From Octopus vulgaris (taxonomy: Eukaryota): a stretch of DNA of 64,000 nucleotides. The notes under the pieces were generated by a model. That model was given only the letters and a program-made list of their open reading frames with translations, made no database searches and was not told the origin of the DNA. A program made the position numbers and the translations under genes. The stretch covers positions 1,984,001 through 2,048,000 of the forward strand of contig OX597837.1 in assembly GCA_951406725.2 (NCBI GenBank). The letters run 5' to 3'. This document shows, piece by piece, positions 12,713 to 26,872 of this stretch (its first letter is position 1; every line of letters begins with the position of its first letter).

Positions 12713-12988
12713 CTTACGAGAAAATATAAATAAGATACTTACATGCGCCCATGGAAAAAGCCGAAGCAAAAAAACTTCATCCTATATTAGTAGTAGACTT
12801 ATTACTACCCGCTATAGAGACTGGTAACCACTATAATCTGTAGTGGCGAGCAGTCAACACGTTGTTCTGAGGCTGACCAAAGAATTTTTATTTTTAGATA
12901 TAAATGGGGTACTTAAATGTACTTATGTTTTTTGCTTCGGCTCTTTCCATGGGCGCATGTAAGTATCTTATTTATATTCTCTCGTAAG

Positions 12989-13042
12989 CTCTACTGAGGA
13001 CGAATAAATCTTTTATGAGATTAATTCCGATTCAATATAGAG
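12989..13042 (+). pseudogene. Inactivated hammerhead copy (GAAA box broken by 6-bp deletion)
   Basis: Reads CTCTA-CTGAGGA-C-GAATAAATC..ATTCCGA^TTCAATATAGAG; AATTGA is missing relative to the left-arm copy. Confidence 0.65.
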
Positions 13043-13171
13043 ATAACGAAATTTAAATATTCAAATGGTTAGCTTGCCCGACTTCAGTTCAATTTTTCTG
13101 TAGCGAGTAGATTATATGTGGAAAATCAGCATATTGGCTTTGGAATAATTTTCTTTAGCCCTTTCTTATAA

Positions 13172-13244
<73 letters not shown>

Positions 13245-13351
13245 AACGGAGAGACAGACAGGCATGCAAGGAGACATGTTGACATATAGCCAGACAGACA
13301 GACGTAGTCAGATACAGACATGTAGATACAGATGTATATATAGATTGACAA

Positions 13352-13418
<67 letters not shown>

Positions 13419-13421
<3 letters not shown>

Positions 13422-13671
13422 GTAGCCCAAATGTAGGTTTACAGTTATCACGTAAGCCATTAAAATTTCTTTTAAAATATTTTAATACATTTAAATTTCT
13501 ATCTTACAATCATTTTGTTTATTATATAAATTAAGCATAGAATAATGGCTTCACTTTTTCTTATAATTAAGATCTAAACTGTTAATTTTTCTTATAATTA
13601 AGATCTAAACTGTTAATATATGAATGCAAAAGAGATAGTTGAGTAACTGTAAACCTACTTTTGGGCTACTC

Positions 13672-13673
<2 letters not shown>
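13419..13673. mobile_element. Tc1/mariner-type MITE
   Basis: ~29-bp TIRs AGGGTAGCCCAAATGTAGGTTTACAGTTA / TAACTGTAAACCTACTTTTGGGCTACTCTG in (TA)n context. Internal ~31-bp tandem duplication at ~13554-13616. Confidence 0.85.
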
Positions 13674-13722
<49 letters not shown>

Positions 13723-15722
13723 CATACAGGTAGATATTTAGATACCCAGGCAATCATGTCAAAAGTGGGACAGACAGACATGCAGATAGATTTTTAGACA
13801 TGTTGACATATAGACAGACAGACGTATATATAGACTGACAGGGATAGATAAACATATATAGAGATAGATAAACAGACAGGTAGGCAGGTAGGCATATAAA
13901 TGGGTGGGCAGGCATACAGACAGACAAGCAGGCAGATATCTATGTGTACGTACACATATTCATGTATATTATGCGTATAGCATACACTTGCATCCACATT
14001 ATGCATATGCATACATATACACAAGCATATACACACATAAACACAAGCATACAATTCACAACACTCTGCTTTAACCTGACTTGACCCAGTAACATAAAGT
14101 GTTACCCTTCACAAAGAAAAAGAGAACACCAAACACCGTAGAGAATGAAACAGAAAGCTGGTTCTATTTAGGAACGTACCCCAAACACATCGGCACCGAG
14201 ACAATGTCCAGATTGAATCATCCTGAACCAAGAAACTTAATAGTCGAGTTCAGAGACTGAAATGAATTTGCTATAAGCATTGCTTCTGAACATTAATTCT
14301 AGCAGCAATATGGCCGCCGTTAACATCTTAACGGATCTTTCGTAGCGTGCCCTCCAATCTTTAATAGAAGCATTCCAAATAAGAAAAGTTAGAGACTAAA
14401 AGGGATTTTGACAGCGTTCCAATATAAAAAGGAAAACTGAAATATTTTTATTACTTATTCGCCATCTTTGTAAATTTTGCACTAACATACATCACATACG
14501 TGCCAACATTATATATGTCTATACACACACACACATATATATATGTGTGTGTGTGTATGCACTCGTTTAAATCATATACATACCAAGTGCATGGGTGTGT
14601 GTGAACATATTATAAGTTATATACATATATTTATATATACACATACTATACAAGCAGCATACGTATGTACAGGCTCACACACGCTCGTCTAAGCTTTTAT
14701 AGGTTGTGCATATATATGTGTGTGTGTGTGTGTGTGTTTGTGTGCATACACACACACATACATACACGGAGGGACGCACACATATACATGCATAGGTCTA
14801 TTCACAAATATTTCTTTATACACATTTACGAAATCCTCTCCTACTTCACCGTCACTGAGCAATCTTTCTTGCAATATTTAATAACTTCAGCCAAGAAATC
14901 TTAAATTAAGATGTTATCTTTCAATCCAAATTGACCGCAGTTTCGACACAGATAGCAAAACAGCAGCAACGTGATAGAAGAACATACAATACACTCTCGA
15001 AATCAATGACAAAAGTCGAATAAATCTAAAGAATTTGATTTTCATTACTGTCATCATTTTAAAGCGATGGATTTGCTATAATCGGTGGAGCATCGGACAA
15101 TATATCTTGCGGTATTTTTTCTAGCGTTTTATGCCGTTTAATTTCTCTTTCATATATTTGACGTCGATAGAGTAAATTATCAGTGAGGTACAGGGTCAAT
15201 ACGCTGGTGGTTATACGACTATCTCCACAAAAATTGTGGCCCAAAAACTACGTAAGAAAGCCATAATGTAAAAAATGGTCTGAGGACACTCAATACAATT
15301 GACATAATGCGTCACAATGCGACCGGAAGTTTCGAGTTCAAGCTCCGATGGGGTCTACTGAAAATGTGAAAATTACATAAATATATGAAACTCCTGTAGA
15401 AGCTTTATATATATGTGTGTGTGTGTGTGTAAAATATTCTTTCGATTTGTTTACAGAAAACTTTTTAAATCTACATATAAAAGCTGCTCCTGCACTACTA
15501 TGACAGCTACAGCCTAAGGATGCCACTTTTTGGTGACACCAGTTTTTGGGCGTCATACTCAGCTGTGGCAATAGGATAACTACAATAGGATAACTACAAT
15601 AATAATAATCCATTGATGGAATTCATAAGTATTCATAAATTTCATCCAAGTATTAATATTACTATATATACATTATATATACACACACATATACAAATAT
15701 ATATATATATATATATATAAAT

Positions 15723-15865
15723 ACAGGGATTGGACAAAATAGTGGAAACACCTAGCATCATAGCATCCTAATTTTGATATATCTATAAAACCGCCAAAAG
15801 CTTGTTGTTTCTTTTGTTTTTTGATTTGTTTTTAGTGTTGCTTAATGCTTTGCTAAAATTGTTAC
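15723..15865 (+). mobile_element. Tc1-like transposon single end
   Basis: TA-CAGGGATTGGACAAAATAGTGGAAACACC resembles Tc1-family TIRs. No partner TIR found. Confidence 0.5.
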
Positions 15866-15923
15866 TTCTATACATGTGTTTATATGTATATACACACACA
15901 CATATATATATACATACACACAC

Positions 15924-15986
<63 letters not shown>

Positions 15987-16004
15987 CATATATATATACA
16001 CACA

Positions 16005-17035
16005 TTTGTGATGAGATGTCCCACCATGATGTGAAGTACGTGGAGTGATGATAGACGGCAGGGCTGATGTGGGGCTTGTCAAGAGAGAGCGGTTCTGGTC
16101 TGAATCAAGTGAACAAGAAGAGCAGAAGCTAACTGAACACCAAGTAAAGCAGCTGGAAGATGAGAGGCGTCTGGGCCACCCAGAGCAACAAGCACAGCAG
16201 GGTCGGTGGCTGAATTGGGATGATGTCGAAAAGCTGGAGTTGAAGTGGTCTGATGGGTGGCGGTTGAGTGCAGAGCATTTGAAAACTCTGATCTGAACTG
16301 CGTATGATGTGCATCCGTCTCCAGCAAATCTCAAAAAATGGGTATCCGGAGTCCACAGTGCCACTTGTGTGGGAAGTATGGCAGCCTCAAGCACATGCTG
16401 TCAGCTTGCCCAAAAGCACTCCTGTCTGGATGGTATACATTTAGACATAATTTAGTGCTAAACGTTGTTGCTTCGGCTGCAAGAGAAGGTCAAGTGCCTG
16501 AACTGAGCTTGTGCAAGACAGCATTTGTGAAGCAAGGTGTGAGGCCGAAGAGACAGAAACCTGAGCACGCCGAAGAAAAGAAATGGGAGGTGTTCGTGGA
16601 CAAGCCATTGCCTGAAAGTATCGTTGTGTCAGCACTCATGCCCGACCTGGTTTGGTAGATGAGGGTCAGAGACGTGTGGTCCTTGGGGAGGTCATTGTGC
16701 CATGGGAGGAGAGCATTGCTGAGGCCCATGAGCGGAAGCTGTTGGGCTATGAAGAGCTGGTAGCTGAGATTCGGGAGAAGGGTTACATCTGTGAGCTGGT
16801 TGCGTTCGAGGTCGGTTGCAGGGGTTTCCCAGCAGCTTCGCTCAGAAGGTTTTCGAATGTGGCTGATGTATCTGCTACGAGGAGGGTCATCAAGGAATGT
16901 GAGGAGAATGCAGTTGAGGGTAATGCTTGGATTACCAGAAGGTTTATGAATGCGTGTGAGGCCACAGAACTCTCATGAGTCCGGTTGCAATGCAATATGT
17001 CCAGCCCTTGCGGGCTCACCGTGTGGAGAGATACT
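16005..17035 (+). mobile_element. RLE-type non-LTR retrotransposon 3' fragment, Hero-like; frameshifted
   Basis: Three consecutive frames give QQGRWLNW, YDVHPSPANLKKW, the CCHC knuckle CHLCG..KHMLSAC, RHNLVL, PDLV..EVIVPWE..AHERK..Y and EVGCRGF (restriction-like endonuclease). Stop at 16976-16978. Visibly GC-richer than the flanks. Confidence 0.88.
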
Positions 17036-18230
17036 AAGCTTGGTACTCCAGCATGGTCGCAGTCAGTTGACTGAAACAAGCAAAAGAATATAAACACACC
17101 CATATACATGAATGGTCCAAGTAGATAAAATGGTGGTGTGGGCGGAGAAGGACAAGAGTTAGAAGGAAAGTCAAGTCTAAGAGAAGAGGCAAATGAGGAG
17201 AAACAGAGGGAAGAAGACATCACCAGCCAGTGTGTCTATATAAAAGACACACACACATTATATATATATATATATACACACACACAAGCGCACACAGGCA
17301 CATATATATATACACATTGGATATAAGACAAGCAGGCATACATCACCACATAGCGCTATAAAGAAACTAAATTATATATATTTTTGTCATATGAATTAAC
17401 GACCACGAAGGCCGACACACTTAAGTGTTTGAAATTAATTTTGTCTCATTTGTATTTTTTTTAAACGGCTGTTTATCAAAATTATTCATTCGGTTGATTT
17501 TTTAAAAATGTATTTTAATTCTTTTTGCAATAATTTTGTAGATTAATGTTTCATCATTATTTTTCTTGTATGAAAAAATATTCTATTCCAAACATTATCT
17601 CTAACTTCTTATGTATTTTTCGTCTTTCTAATACGTTCATATATACATACATATGGTTCTATGTATGCATACATATATATATATATACATACACACAAAC
17701 ATAGGTGTGAGCAGTAATGCTTATCTAAGCGCACACACATCGATACATGTATATATATATATGTGCGTATTTATATATTCATACAAATATACATATACAT
17801 AAGTACATACTCATGTATTTATAGTTATGTATAAATATATACCGAGATACATACACACATACCGAGATACATACATATACAAAATTATAGGCATATGTGT
17901 TCTTTTGTATACAAGGTCATATATATGCATATGTATCTCTCTATCTGTGTGCGTGTGGGTGTGTGTGTATCTTCATAGAGGCACACACAGCCTGAATATA
18001 TAGAAATTTTCTGTGGTTGCTTTTATTTCAAAGGATGCTACAATATTGTCTTAGTATCGTTATGGCAAAGAGTCTGTGCCTTGGTGCAGGGTAATTCTTG
18101 GTGGTTATATTCTGGTGTGCTTTAGTGACGGAGTGGTTGTGAGTAATAGGGTTTCGCGTTCCATGTAGCACTTAGTTAACACACCAAAAATTACTGAGTT
18201 AAAATTGTGCATCTGTGTGCGTGTGTGTGC

Positions 18231-18280
<50 letters not shown>

Positions 18281-18297
18281 TTGTGTTTATATACAAT

Positions 18298-18619
18298 TGG
18301 CATTCCGTCGGTATTGACAAGGATTTCAGTTGATCCGATCAACAGAACATGCTTCTTGCGAAATAACTTGGACGTGGTTGAGTACTCCACAGACATGCAT
18401 ACTCTTAATATAGTTCTTAGGGAGATTGAGCGTGACACAGAATGTGACAAGGTTGGCTCCTTCTTAATTACAGGTACAATTCATTGTTGCCAGCTGAGTG
18501 AACTGGAGCAACGTGAAATTAACTGCCCTGCTCAAGAACATAACGCATCGCCGGGAATTGAACTCACGACCTTACGATCGTAAGTCGAATAACCTAAACT
18601 CTGAGGCACGCGCCTTCAC
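18298..18619 (-). mobile_element. SINE family C
   Basis: Reverse complement of the 5181-5495 unit. Confidence 0.88.
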
Positions 18620-18626
18620 ATATGTG

Positions 18627-18762
<136 letters not shown>

Positions 18763-18842
18763 TACTTATTTGTGCATGTATGTATATATGAGTGTGTATA
18801 TATTCATACATATATACTTATGTGTGCGCATATATATATATG

Positions 18843-18892
<50 letters not shown>

Positions 18893-18921
18893 CATGCATA
18901 TATGTGTATATATACATATGC

Positions 18922-18958
<37 letters not shown>

Positions 18959-19493
18959 TATGCATAATCATTTGCGTGTGTGTGTAGTTACATTCATACC
19001 GAAGTATATATCCAAATTCTAAACATATACACACATACATTTATACAGACAGGTAGGCACGTGTGTAAGAATGTGTGTGTTCATTGTAAATGTAAATGTG
19101 TATGTATAAATATATTTATATATACGCACACATAACACACACACACACACACACATATATGCACACATATTTACACACATATATGTACAAACACTTATAT
19201 GCACTTTTATAGACGCATATATATATATATATATATATATATAAATGTATACACACACATAAACACACATCCATACACATATATACACATTCTATAGAAC
19301 ATAAGCTTTTGAGATAAGTTTTTCTGGTCGATGGTTAAATATTTTTTCTTCTTCAAAGAAAATGTTTCTTGAAAAAGACAAAAAAGAAATTTCAAATTTT
19401 AAAAGAGAAAAATAATATTGAATAAAAGTAAATGAAAGGATTATTAACACATCAAACTGTTCTTTAAACGATATTGCCTATCTCTTGTAGCTC

Positions 19494-19530
<37 letters not shown>

Positions 19531-20632
19531 AGATTGTGGTTATGGGCATCTTCATAACACTGGAGATGATAATGATGTCAATGACGTCAACATAGATTAC
19601 GTGGATGGTGATGATGATGAGCATGATGTCAATGATGAGGATGGCGCTGTCAATGCTGAACATGACGATAATGAAGGAGACGACAATGTCGATGATAATG
19701 CGAAAAACCGTACGCCTCCCTCATCTGGAACACTGTATCTGCATCGGAGACGGCACCAGAGAAGGACCACTCGACTGACGGTCATTCAATTTTAAAGGAA
19801 AGTGCTCTGTTCGCCCCAAAGCATGCTCTCTCTCTCTCTCTCTCCCTTTCTCTCTCCCTCCCTCACCACTCTCTCTCTCTACCACCTCCTCCTTTCTCTC
19901 TCTCTCTCTCTCTCTCCATTCTGTCTTCCATACCACTACTGCAATGGCCTCTGTTCTCCGCTTGTGGATGTTATTAGTCTACCATGACTCAGGTTCTCAC
20001 TAGTGCTTTCTCATCTCTCTTGTTACTTCCAAACACTACGTTCCTGCACTAATCTCTTTATCCAGTTCTTCCTCCGCGGGACAATCGCGCCCCGCTGGAA
20101 TCATCTCCTTCGTTTCCTTTCCTGCAGGGTTTTCCTGACAACGGTTTAAAAAGATGAACAGAATCAAGATCACTGTTCGCGGAAGGAGAGCAAATGACAG
20201 TCACACACGCGCACACCCGCCACCTTCCTACAGACCTACAGTAACAAAAACAAGAGCATATATATATAATAAAACAAATGTGATAAAATGAAGGGAATAT
20301 ACGGAATGTAAAAATAGTTAATATGCATTTTTATGTATGCGAATATATCCTAAATACTCTTAAGATTGTTGAATGTCGTTGTTGGGGACATATATATTCT
20401 TGTCAGTGACTTTATGCGGCCGTGTTGTTTCGGTGTTAAGTTACTGGTTTCTGAAAGACGGGCGTTCCTTAATTTCAAACACATAATTACTGGAAATATT
20501 CCCTGCCCGAACACATACTTTTTCATGCACTTCAAACACAGAAGTCAGGAGCAAACAATATAAAGAACACCTGTTTTAGACTGTAAACATAATCATAGAA
20601 TATGCACGGTATAAAATCAGCATACATACTAT

Positions 20633-20708
<76 letters not shown>

Positions 20709-21002
20709 AGAGCGGGAGGGGGAATTAAATGCCATATGTTTAATAAATATATATTTAGTGTTTGTTTAAATGGAAGTTTAAGATAAACAAAAAGTTTGCG
20801 GTTTCGACATCTTGAAATGGAGAATGAGGTGGCTAGTTTCGGTTCTCATTGAATACTCATTAGGGATCGCTTAGTGGGCCTTTCAAGTTTTAAACGAAAT
20901 TTCCATAAGGTAGTATTAATAATTAAGTTACCAATAGAACGCAGATAGAAATAAGTATTTGTGCAGAGTTGTATATTAAATACCTAAATTAAATTAGTTT
21001 TA

Positions 21003-21044
<42 letters not shown>

Positions 21045-21489
21045 CCGTGAAAATAATCTCCTTCCATAAACAAACCTGGATTAATTTTGGTGGCCTGATA
21101 TTCGAAACTGAATACATAGATTTTTAAAACATAGGAATATTATCATCACTAAGAGTCGTTGTAATCCCCAAGGGTCGTTGATGTTTTGCGTTTCTTAAGT
21201 TTTAAGGATAAGAGTTTGAAGGAAAAGTGCTTCGGCTAAAGATACAACACGTAGCCCTTTTTTTTCTGAATCGAACCTGCTTCTTCCTTATCCGAAGTCC
21301 AGCATCATGTCCGTTATACAATATTCCTTTGCAAATGTTATAGACTCCAGGCATCCAGGTAACTGAGTTCTCTCCCTTAATTGTTGTTTTTAAAACCTGA
21401 ATTCCATTAGAGGGAGATATTTTCTACTAATTACGAGGGTAATCTCATTTGATGTTTTTTTTTCTTTTTCTTTTCTAACACACTTTACT

Positions 21490-21785
21490 TTACGACGACG
21501 AGGGTTCCAGTTGAACGGAACAGCCTGCTCGTGAAATCAACACCTAAGCGGCTGAGCACTTCACAGACACGCGTAGTTCTTAACGTAGTTCTCAGAGAGA
21601 TTCAGCGTTGCCCAGAATGTGACAAAGGTCGAACCTTTGAAATACAGGTACTACACATTTTTGCCAGGTGAGTGAACTGGAGAAACGAGAAATATAATGT
21701 TTTGTTCGAGGACAAAATGCGCAGCCGGGAATGGAACTCAAAACCTTCAAATTGTGAACCGTACACCCTAAACACCACACCATGC
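21490..21785 (-). mobile_element. SINE family C
   Basis: Reverse complement of the 5181-5495 unit. Confidence 0.85.
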
Positions 21786-21879
21786 TCTTTTACGAACTCC
21801 CTTTATAACATATACGGCACCCTACAGTATCTACATTTTCACTTATTTTCTGTCAGCTGTAATGCTGATGTGTGATGTG

Positions 21880-22760
21880 CACCTACGTATGCTCCTGGTC
21901 ACTGCGAGATGCAGTCGACAGCTGCAAAATCAGAAACGAAGTTGTCTGGCATGTGGAAATATAGCTCGTATGGCAAAACATTAAACACCGGCGCTTTGAT
22001 CCCCACACGGTGCATCCGCCTCTCCAGTAACAGAAATCACTTTTTATTCGCCACACAATCACTCTGCTCGAGTGATCTGCAAATATTCGTCGTAAGCATC
22101 GCATCTTCTGTCTTCAGGTCGACGATTAACGAGAGAAGTGGGGAAAATACTTCTGGGAAATTGCACACATCTTTTTTTAGCACACTCAGTTCATCATCGA
22201 GTGGAATCTACATTTTCTTGCTACGTTACTCCACCTCAATCCAGGCCAAATGAAGGGCATTTTCCTTGATATCTCGGGGCATACTCTCCAGTTCCAACAA
22301 CGAAGCTGTCCTGCTTCACTTTGAAGAAATAGTCAGGGAACATTCTCGCCACGAAGCACGTAGTTTGCAAATACCACTCCATGCAAACACCATTCTTAGC
22401 TAGTTCCTTTTCTACTCTACACCCATTTAATGGCTAAATTTATCAGATGTTTCTCTAAATGTTCTCTTTATCGATATCCATCATCTATCAATAAAATACC
22501 AGTCAATTCCCGCTTAATTAGTTCCCCAAACTGCTCCGGCAGGAGGCGTTCATCGTCCAATAAACAGATTCTTGTCTATTCGCTTTGGTTGGAAACAAAT
22601 TTGAAGTCAGAGTAATCATCTGCTCCAAACAGTGGACAACTGACACCAAACCTAAAGAAAACCTCATTGGGTGACCCACTGCGATTTAACCAATTTCTCT
22701 ATTGACTGATTTGAAAAAGCAATGAAAAACCAGATCCCATTCCAATCGCCCATTCAACGC
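21880..22760 (-). mobile_element. Highly degenerate L1/Tx1-like ORF2 fragment (end of APE domain and linker)
   Basis: Minus-strand pieces VSCPLF..DYSDFKFV, YWTMNAS and RWISIKRTFR recall the SDH, YWKLN and W..K...R motifs of L1-clade ORF2. Many stops and frameshifts. Confidence 0.45.
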
Positions 22761-23506
22761 CTACAAAAATAAGATAGTTACCGTGAGATCATGGTTTCGA
22801 TTCCCAGCCATGTTGCGCCAGTCCAGCCAGCTACAAATGGTAATATTTTGACAGACTGAGGCACAAAGGAGAGATAGGGACTCAAGAAACTTTCACCCGA
22901 ACGGAGGTGTCACGTGGCACGTTTTGCATTCAGCATGCGCCCCCACCACTGTTGACTGGGATTGGTTGTTCCACACGTCGAAGGGTGATGGCGATGAATA
23001 AGATATATGCTGAGTAGAAACAGTTAAAGTAATCTGGACGGGTGGCTCCTGTCGGGGCGTAAACGGCATCTAGTCTGAAGGTGTACCGTCACATTCGTTG
23101 CAGTTCACGTCGCAGTCTGCCATCTTAACGACCGGCCCTAGAAAAAATCTTAGTTTTTAAACCGGAGATGGCTGAAATGGAAATAAACATGGTGAGCGTT
23201 CAGAAGGATGGTAAGAGATTCTGCCTCGGAAGTCTTAGTAAATTAAGGTTACATCACGATGTAGTTTCCAGTGATTGCTCCAATCCATGGTGATGTGCAC
23301 TGCTTAATCTCAGTTTATATGTTGCAGACAAGGCTTACAGGAGAAAATAACAAAACAAGTGGTGGTGGTGGTGGTGGTGGTTGTGGTGTTGGTGGTGGGA
23401 ACTAGGAGTTGACTCTTCGTGGCTTTTCTATGAGAACAGTAACAATGGCTTCAAAGTTTGACACAAAGCTAGCAATTCTAGGGAGAGGGTCAAATCAATA
23501 TCATCA

Positions 23507-23677
23507 GGCGTAGGAATGGATGTGTGGTAAGTAGCTTGCTTACGAACCACATGGTTCCGGGTTCAGTCCCACTGTGTGGCCCCTTTGGCGAGTGTCTTCT
23601 ACTATAGGTACGGGCCGACCAAAGCCTTGTGAGTGGATTTGGTAGACGGAAACTGAAAGAAGCCCGTCGTGTATATA

Positions 23678-23712
<35 letters not shown>

Positions 23713-23925
23713 GTATAAGTTTGTGCTACTGTATAAGTTTGTCACCCCAACATCCCTTGACAACCGATGCTGGTGTGTTCACGTCCCCGTAACTTAGCGG
23801 TTCGGCAAAAGAGACCGATATAATAAGTACCAGGCATACAAAGAATACATCCTAGTGTCGATTTGCTCGACTAAAGGCGGTTCTCCAGCATGGCCGCAGC
23901 CAAATGACTGAAACAAGTAAAAAGA
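23507..23925 (+). mobile_element. SINE family B, full length, nested in a minus-strand family A copy (~23447-23506 and ~23926-24030)
   Basis: Complete head, CORE-like box, microsatellite and tail. The flanks rejoin into a family A sequence. Confidence 0.9.
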
Positions 23926-24074
23926 GAGACGCCAGTGCTTCACTGGTACTTATTTTATCGATCTCGAAAGGATGTAAAGCAAAGTCGACCTCGACGAAGT
24001 TTGAACTTAAAACGTAAATCCAGAAGAAATACCTTTATGATGTGGGTTCAAATAATAAGACGGGGCGGGGTAGA

Positions 24075-24275
24075 AAACTAGCAGCATTCTTAGCGTGACG
24101 GAAAAAGTTTTTAGCTGCATTTCTTCCAGTGCTTAACGTTCTAGGTTCAAATCGCACCGAAGCCAGCTCTGCATTTTATCTTTCCAGGGACGACAAAGTA
24201 AGGCAGTTGCTATCGATTTAACTGACTTAACCCTCGATCAAAAATTACTAGCCTGGAGTCAAAATCTAAAACTTA
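24075..24275 (+). mobile_element. SINE family A, old degenerate copy
   Basis: Contains CGTTCTAGGTTCAAATCGCACCGAAG..GCATTTTATCTTTCCAGGG. Confidence 0.6.
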
Positions 24276-24394
24276 TTGTTATTATTCAACATCATCATCA
24301 TCATGATCATCATTATGAGCAGAACTAGTATGAGACGCAGTAGTTGTAGTGTTCCTTGCGGTTGATACTATAGTCTACTTTGCTGTTGGTTATA

Positions 24395-24475
24395 GTGGTA
24401 GTTGTAGTAGTGGTGGTAGTTGTAGTAGTGGTGGTAGTTGTAGTAGTGGTGGTAGTTGTAGTAGTGGTGGTAGTA
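24395..24475. repeat. 18-bp minisatellite (AGTTGTAGTAGTGGTGGT) x~4
   Basis: Directly visible. Confidence 0.85.
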
Positions 24476-24640
24476 ATCGTGATGGTGGCGGTCGTGGTGG
24501 CAGTCGTGGTGGCGGTAGTGGCACTTTGATAATTTGTGGCTCAATCTGATTATACCTAATTTAATATTGGTTAACGTAAAGTAATTTTAAAGAAAATGTT
24601 ATTCTGACACAGACACATATTTATATCTATATCTATCTAG

Positions 24641-24677
<37 letters not shown>

Positions 24678-24799
24678 AATACACATATATGCACATAAGC
24701 AAACACACACATATATATATACACACAGACATATACACACACACACGTATATACATACATATAGAAACACACACATTTGTACACACATAAGCACAAATA

Positions 24800-24855
<56 letters not shown>

Positions 24856-25146
24856 CATGCACATATATACACACAGACATATACACACACACGTATGTAC
24901 ATACATATAGACACACACAGATACACATATGTACACACATATATACGCACATAAACACACACACATATATATACATATACACACACATATATACATACAC
25001 ATATACACACAGACATATACACACACACATATGTACACACATATGCACACACACACCTACGTCCACATAACTTTACACTTCATTTCCTAAAGTTTGAATC
25101 TTTCAGATGATTGAACTGAATATTTGAGAAACCCAAACAGAGATAC

Positions 25147-25239
<93 letters not shown>

Positions 25240-25378
25240 TGTAGTGGTATAAAATAATGTTTAGCATAAACCTATTATCTTTCTCTCTGATCAAATTCAG
25301 AATCACTATTGACTTTTCTCACTGTAATTAGGAAAGTTTAAACTCATCTTTAAAAATTCCCCCTCCACGGTCTCTCTT

Positions 25379-25420
<42 letters not shown>

Positions 25421-25554
25421 TATTACAACATACATTTCTAACTGTACGTCGTTCTGATGTATAACATGTCTGTATGTGTGTCCGATACATATATATGTGT
25501 GTGTGTGTGTAAGTTTGTACTTTAGTGCGGATATATTGTGTATGCTCTTGCGTG

Positions 25555-25595
<41 letters not shown>

Positions 25596-25598
<3 letters not shown>

Positions 25599-25995
25599 AG
25601 TGGCTGTGTGGTAAGTAGCTTGTTTACCAGCCACATGGTCCTGTGTTCAGCCCCACAGCGTGGCACCTTGGGCAAGTGTCTTCTACTATAGCCTCGCGCC
25701 GACCAAGGTCTTGAGCAAATTTGGTAGACGGAAACTGAGAAAAGCCTGTCGTAAATATATATATATATATAGTGTATGTGTGTGTGTGTGTGTGTGTCTG
25801 TGTGTGTGTGTGTGTCTGTCTGTCTGTCTGTCTGTCAACCCAACATCGCTTGACAACCGACGTTGGTGCGTTTTCTTTTCCGTAACCTGGCGATTCGGCA
25901 AAAGAGTCCCATAGAATGAATCCTGGGCTCGATTTGCTTGACTAAAGGCGATGCTCCAGCATGGCTGCCGTCACATGACTGAAACAAGTGAAAGA
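25596..25995 (+). mobile_element. SINE family B
   Basis: Same architecture as 23507-23925. Confidence 0.9.
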
Positions 25996-26818
25996 ATATA
26001 AGAAAATATGCGTGGCCTTAATTTACGCGTAGATACTGTCTGTGTGCGTGTGTATGTGTGGATATTGTTTGTATTAACACACACACACACACACACGTAT
26101 ATACCTATATATACAAGTCTATATGCGAACATGTTTCTCTATTCGTACATACGTGTTTATGTAGGTGCGTGTATGGACAGTTCACACCATTAAACTGTAA
26201 TCAAATTTAATCTGAGGTTGTCTCAAGACTTTAAACTAACTTAAACAATTTCATTTATAACCTGGTGTTAATTTAAACAAATTTAAGCTGAAGATTTCAG
26301 CTCAAAAACGGTTTCCGTTCCCGCATAAATTCACTATGGTAATCTTACTGAAGCCAATTGCTAGTTAGAGGAAAGAACAAATCAATTACTGATTTGAAAA
26401 CGGACGAATGACTCACTTGACAATGTGTGTGTGTGTGTGTGTGCAGCGCAAACATATGCGCCCACATTCATGTGTACATTACATATAGATACAAAAAATA
26501 AGTCGCAAGCTTTTGACGAGTACGAACGGCAAAAGACAACGCATTCCGAATTTCTTCATGCTCTTTTCGAAATGAATAAAGGCAGAAGGCACCGAGGCCT
26601 TCACTCACATGGGATGTTGGTTTACATAGAATTATATTTATGCAAGACTACTAAGCGTCGAAAGAAGCAGGGCCCCAGTTTGAACATAGAGTTAAACCAT
26701 TTGTATAGATCTGGACACCGTAAATCCCGTTTGTAGAGATTTGCTTTAACAACAGTTAATGAGTGCCACACTAGTTTATGTTTTAAGAAAACGTGTGTGT
26801 GTGTGTATGTGTGTGTGT

Positions 26819-26872
<54 letters not shown>

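Larger units (their letters stand above)
12522..13173. mobile_element. Fold-back element with ~255-bp near-perfect inverted arms and ~150-bp spacer; probable Penelope-type inverted terminal repeat pair
   Basis: 12522-~12775 is the reverse complement of ~12925-13173 with few mismatches and one 6-bp indel. Each arm carries a hammerhead motif. The inverted repeat is seen directly; the PLE origin is inferred. Confidence 0.85.

Noticed and set aside
20835-20870. Hammerhead-like CTAATGA..GAAACTAGC on the minus strand
   Set aside because: Core mutated, no UH triplet and no stem I pairing.
23030-23100. Possible HDV-like ribozyme around GGCTCCTGTCGG
   Set aside because: Could not assemble the nested double pseudoknot pairings.
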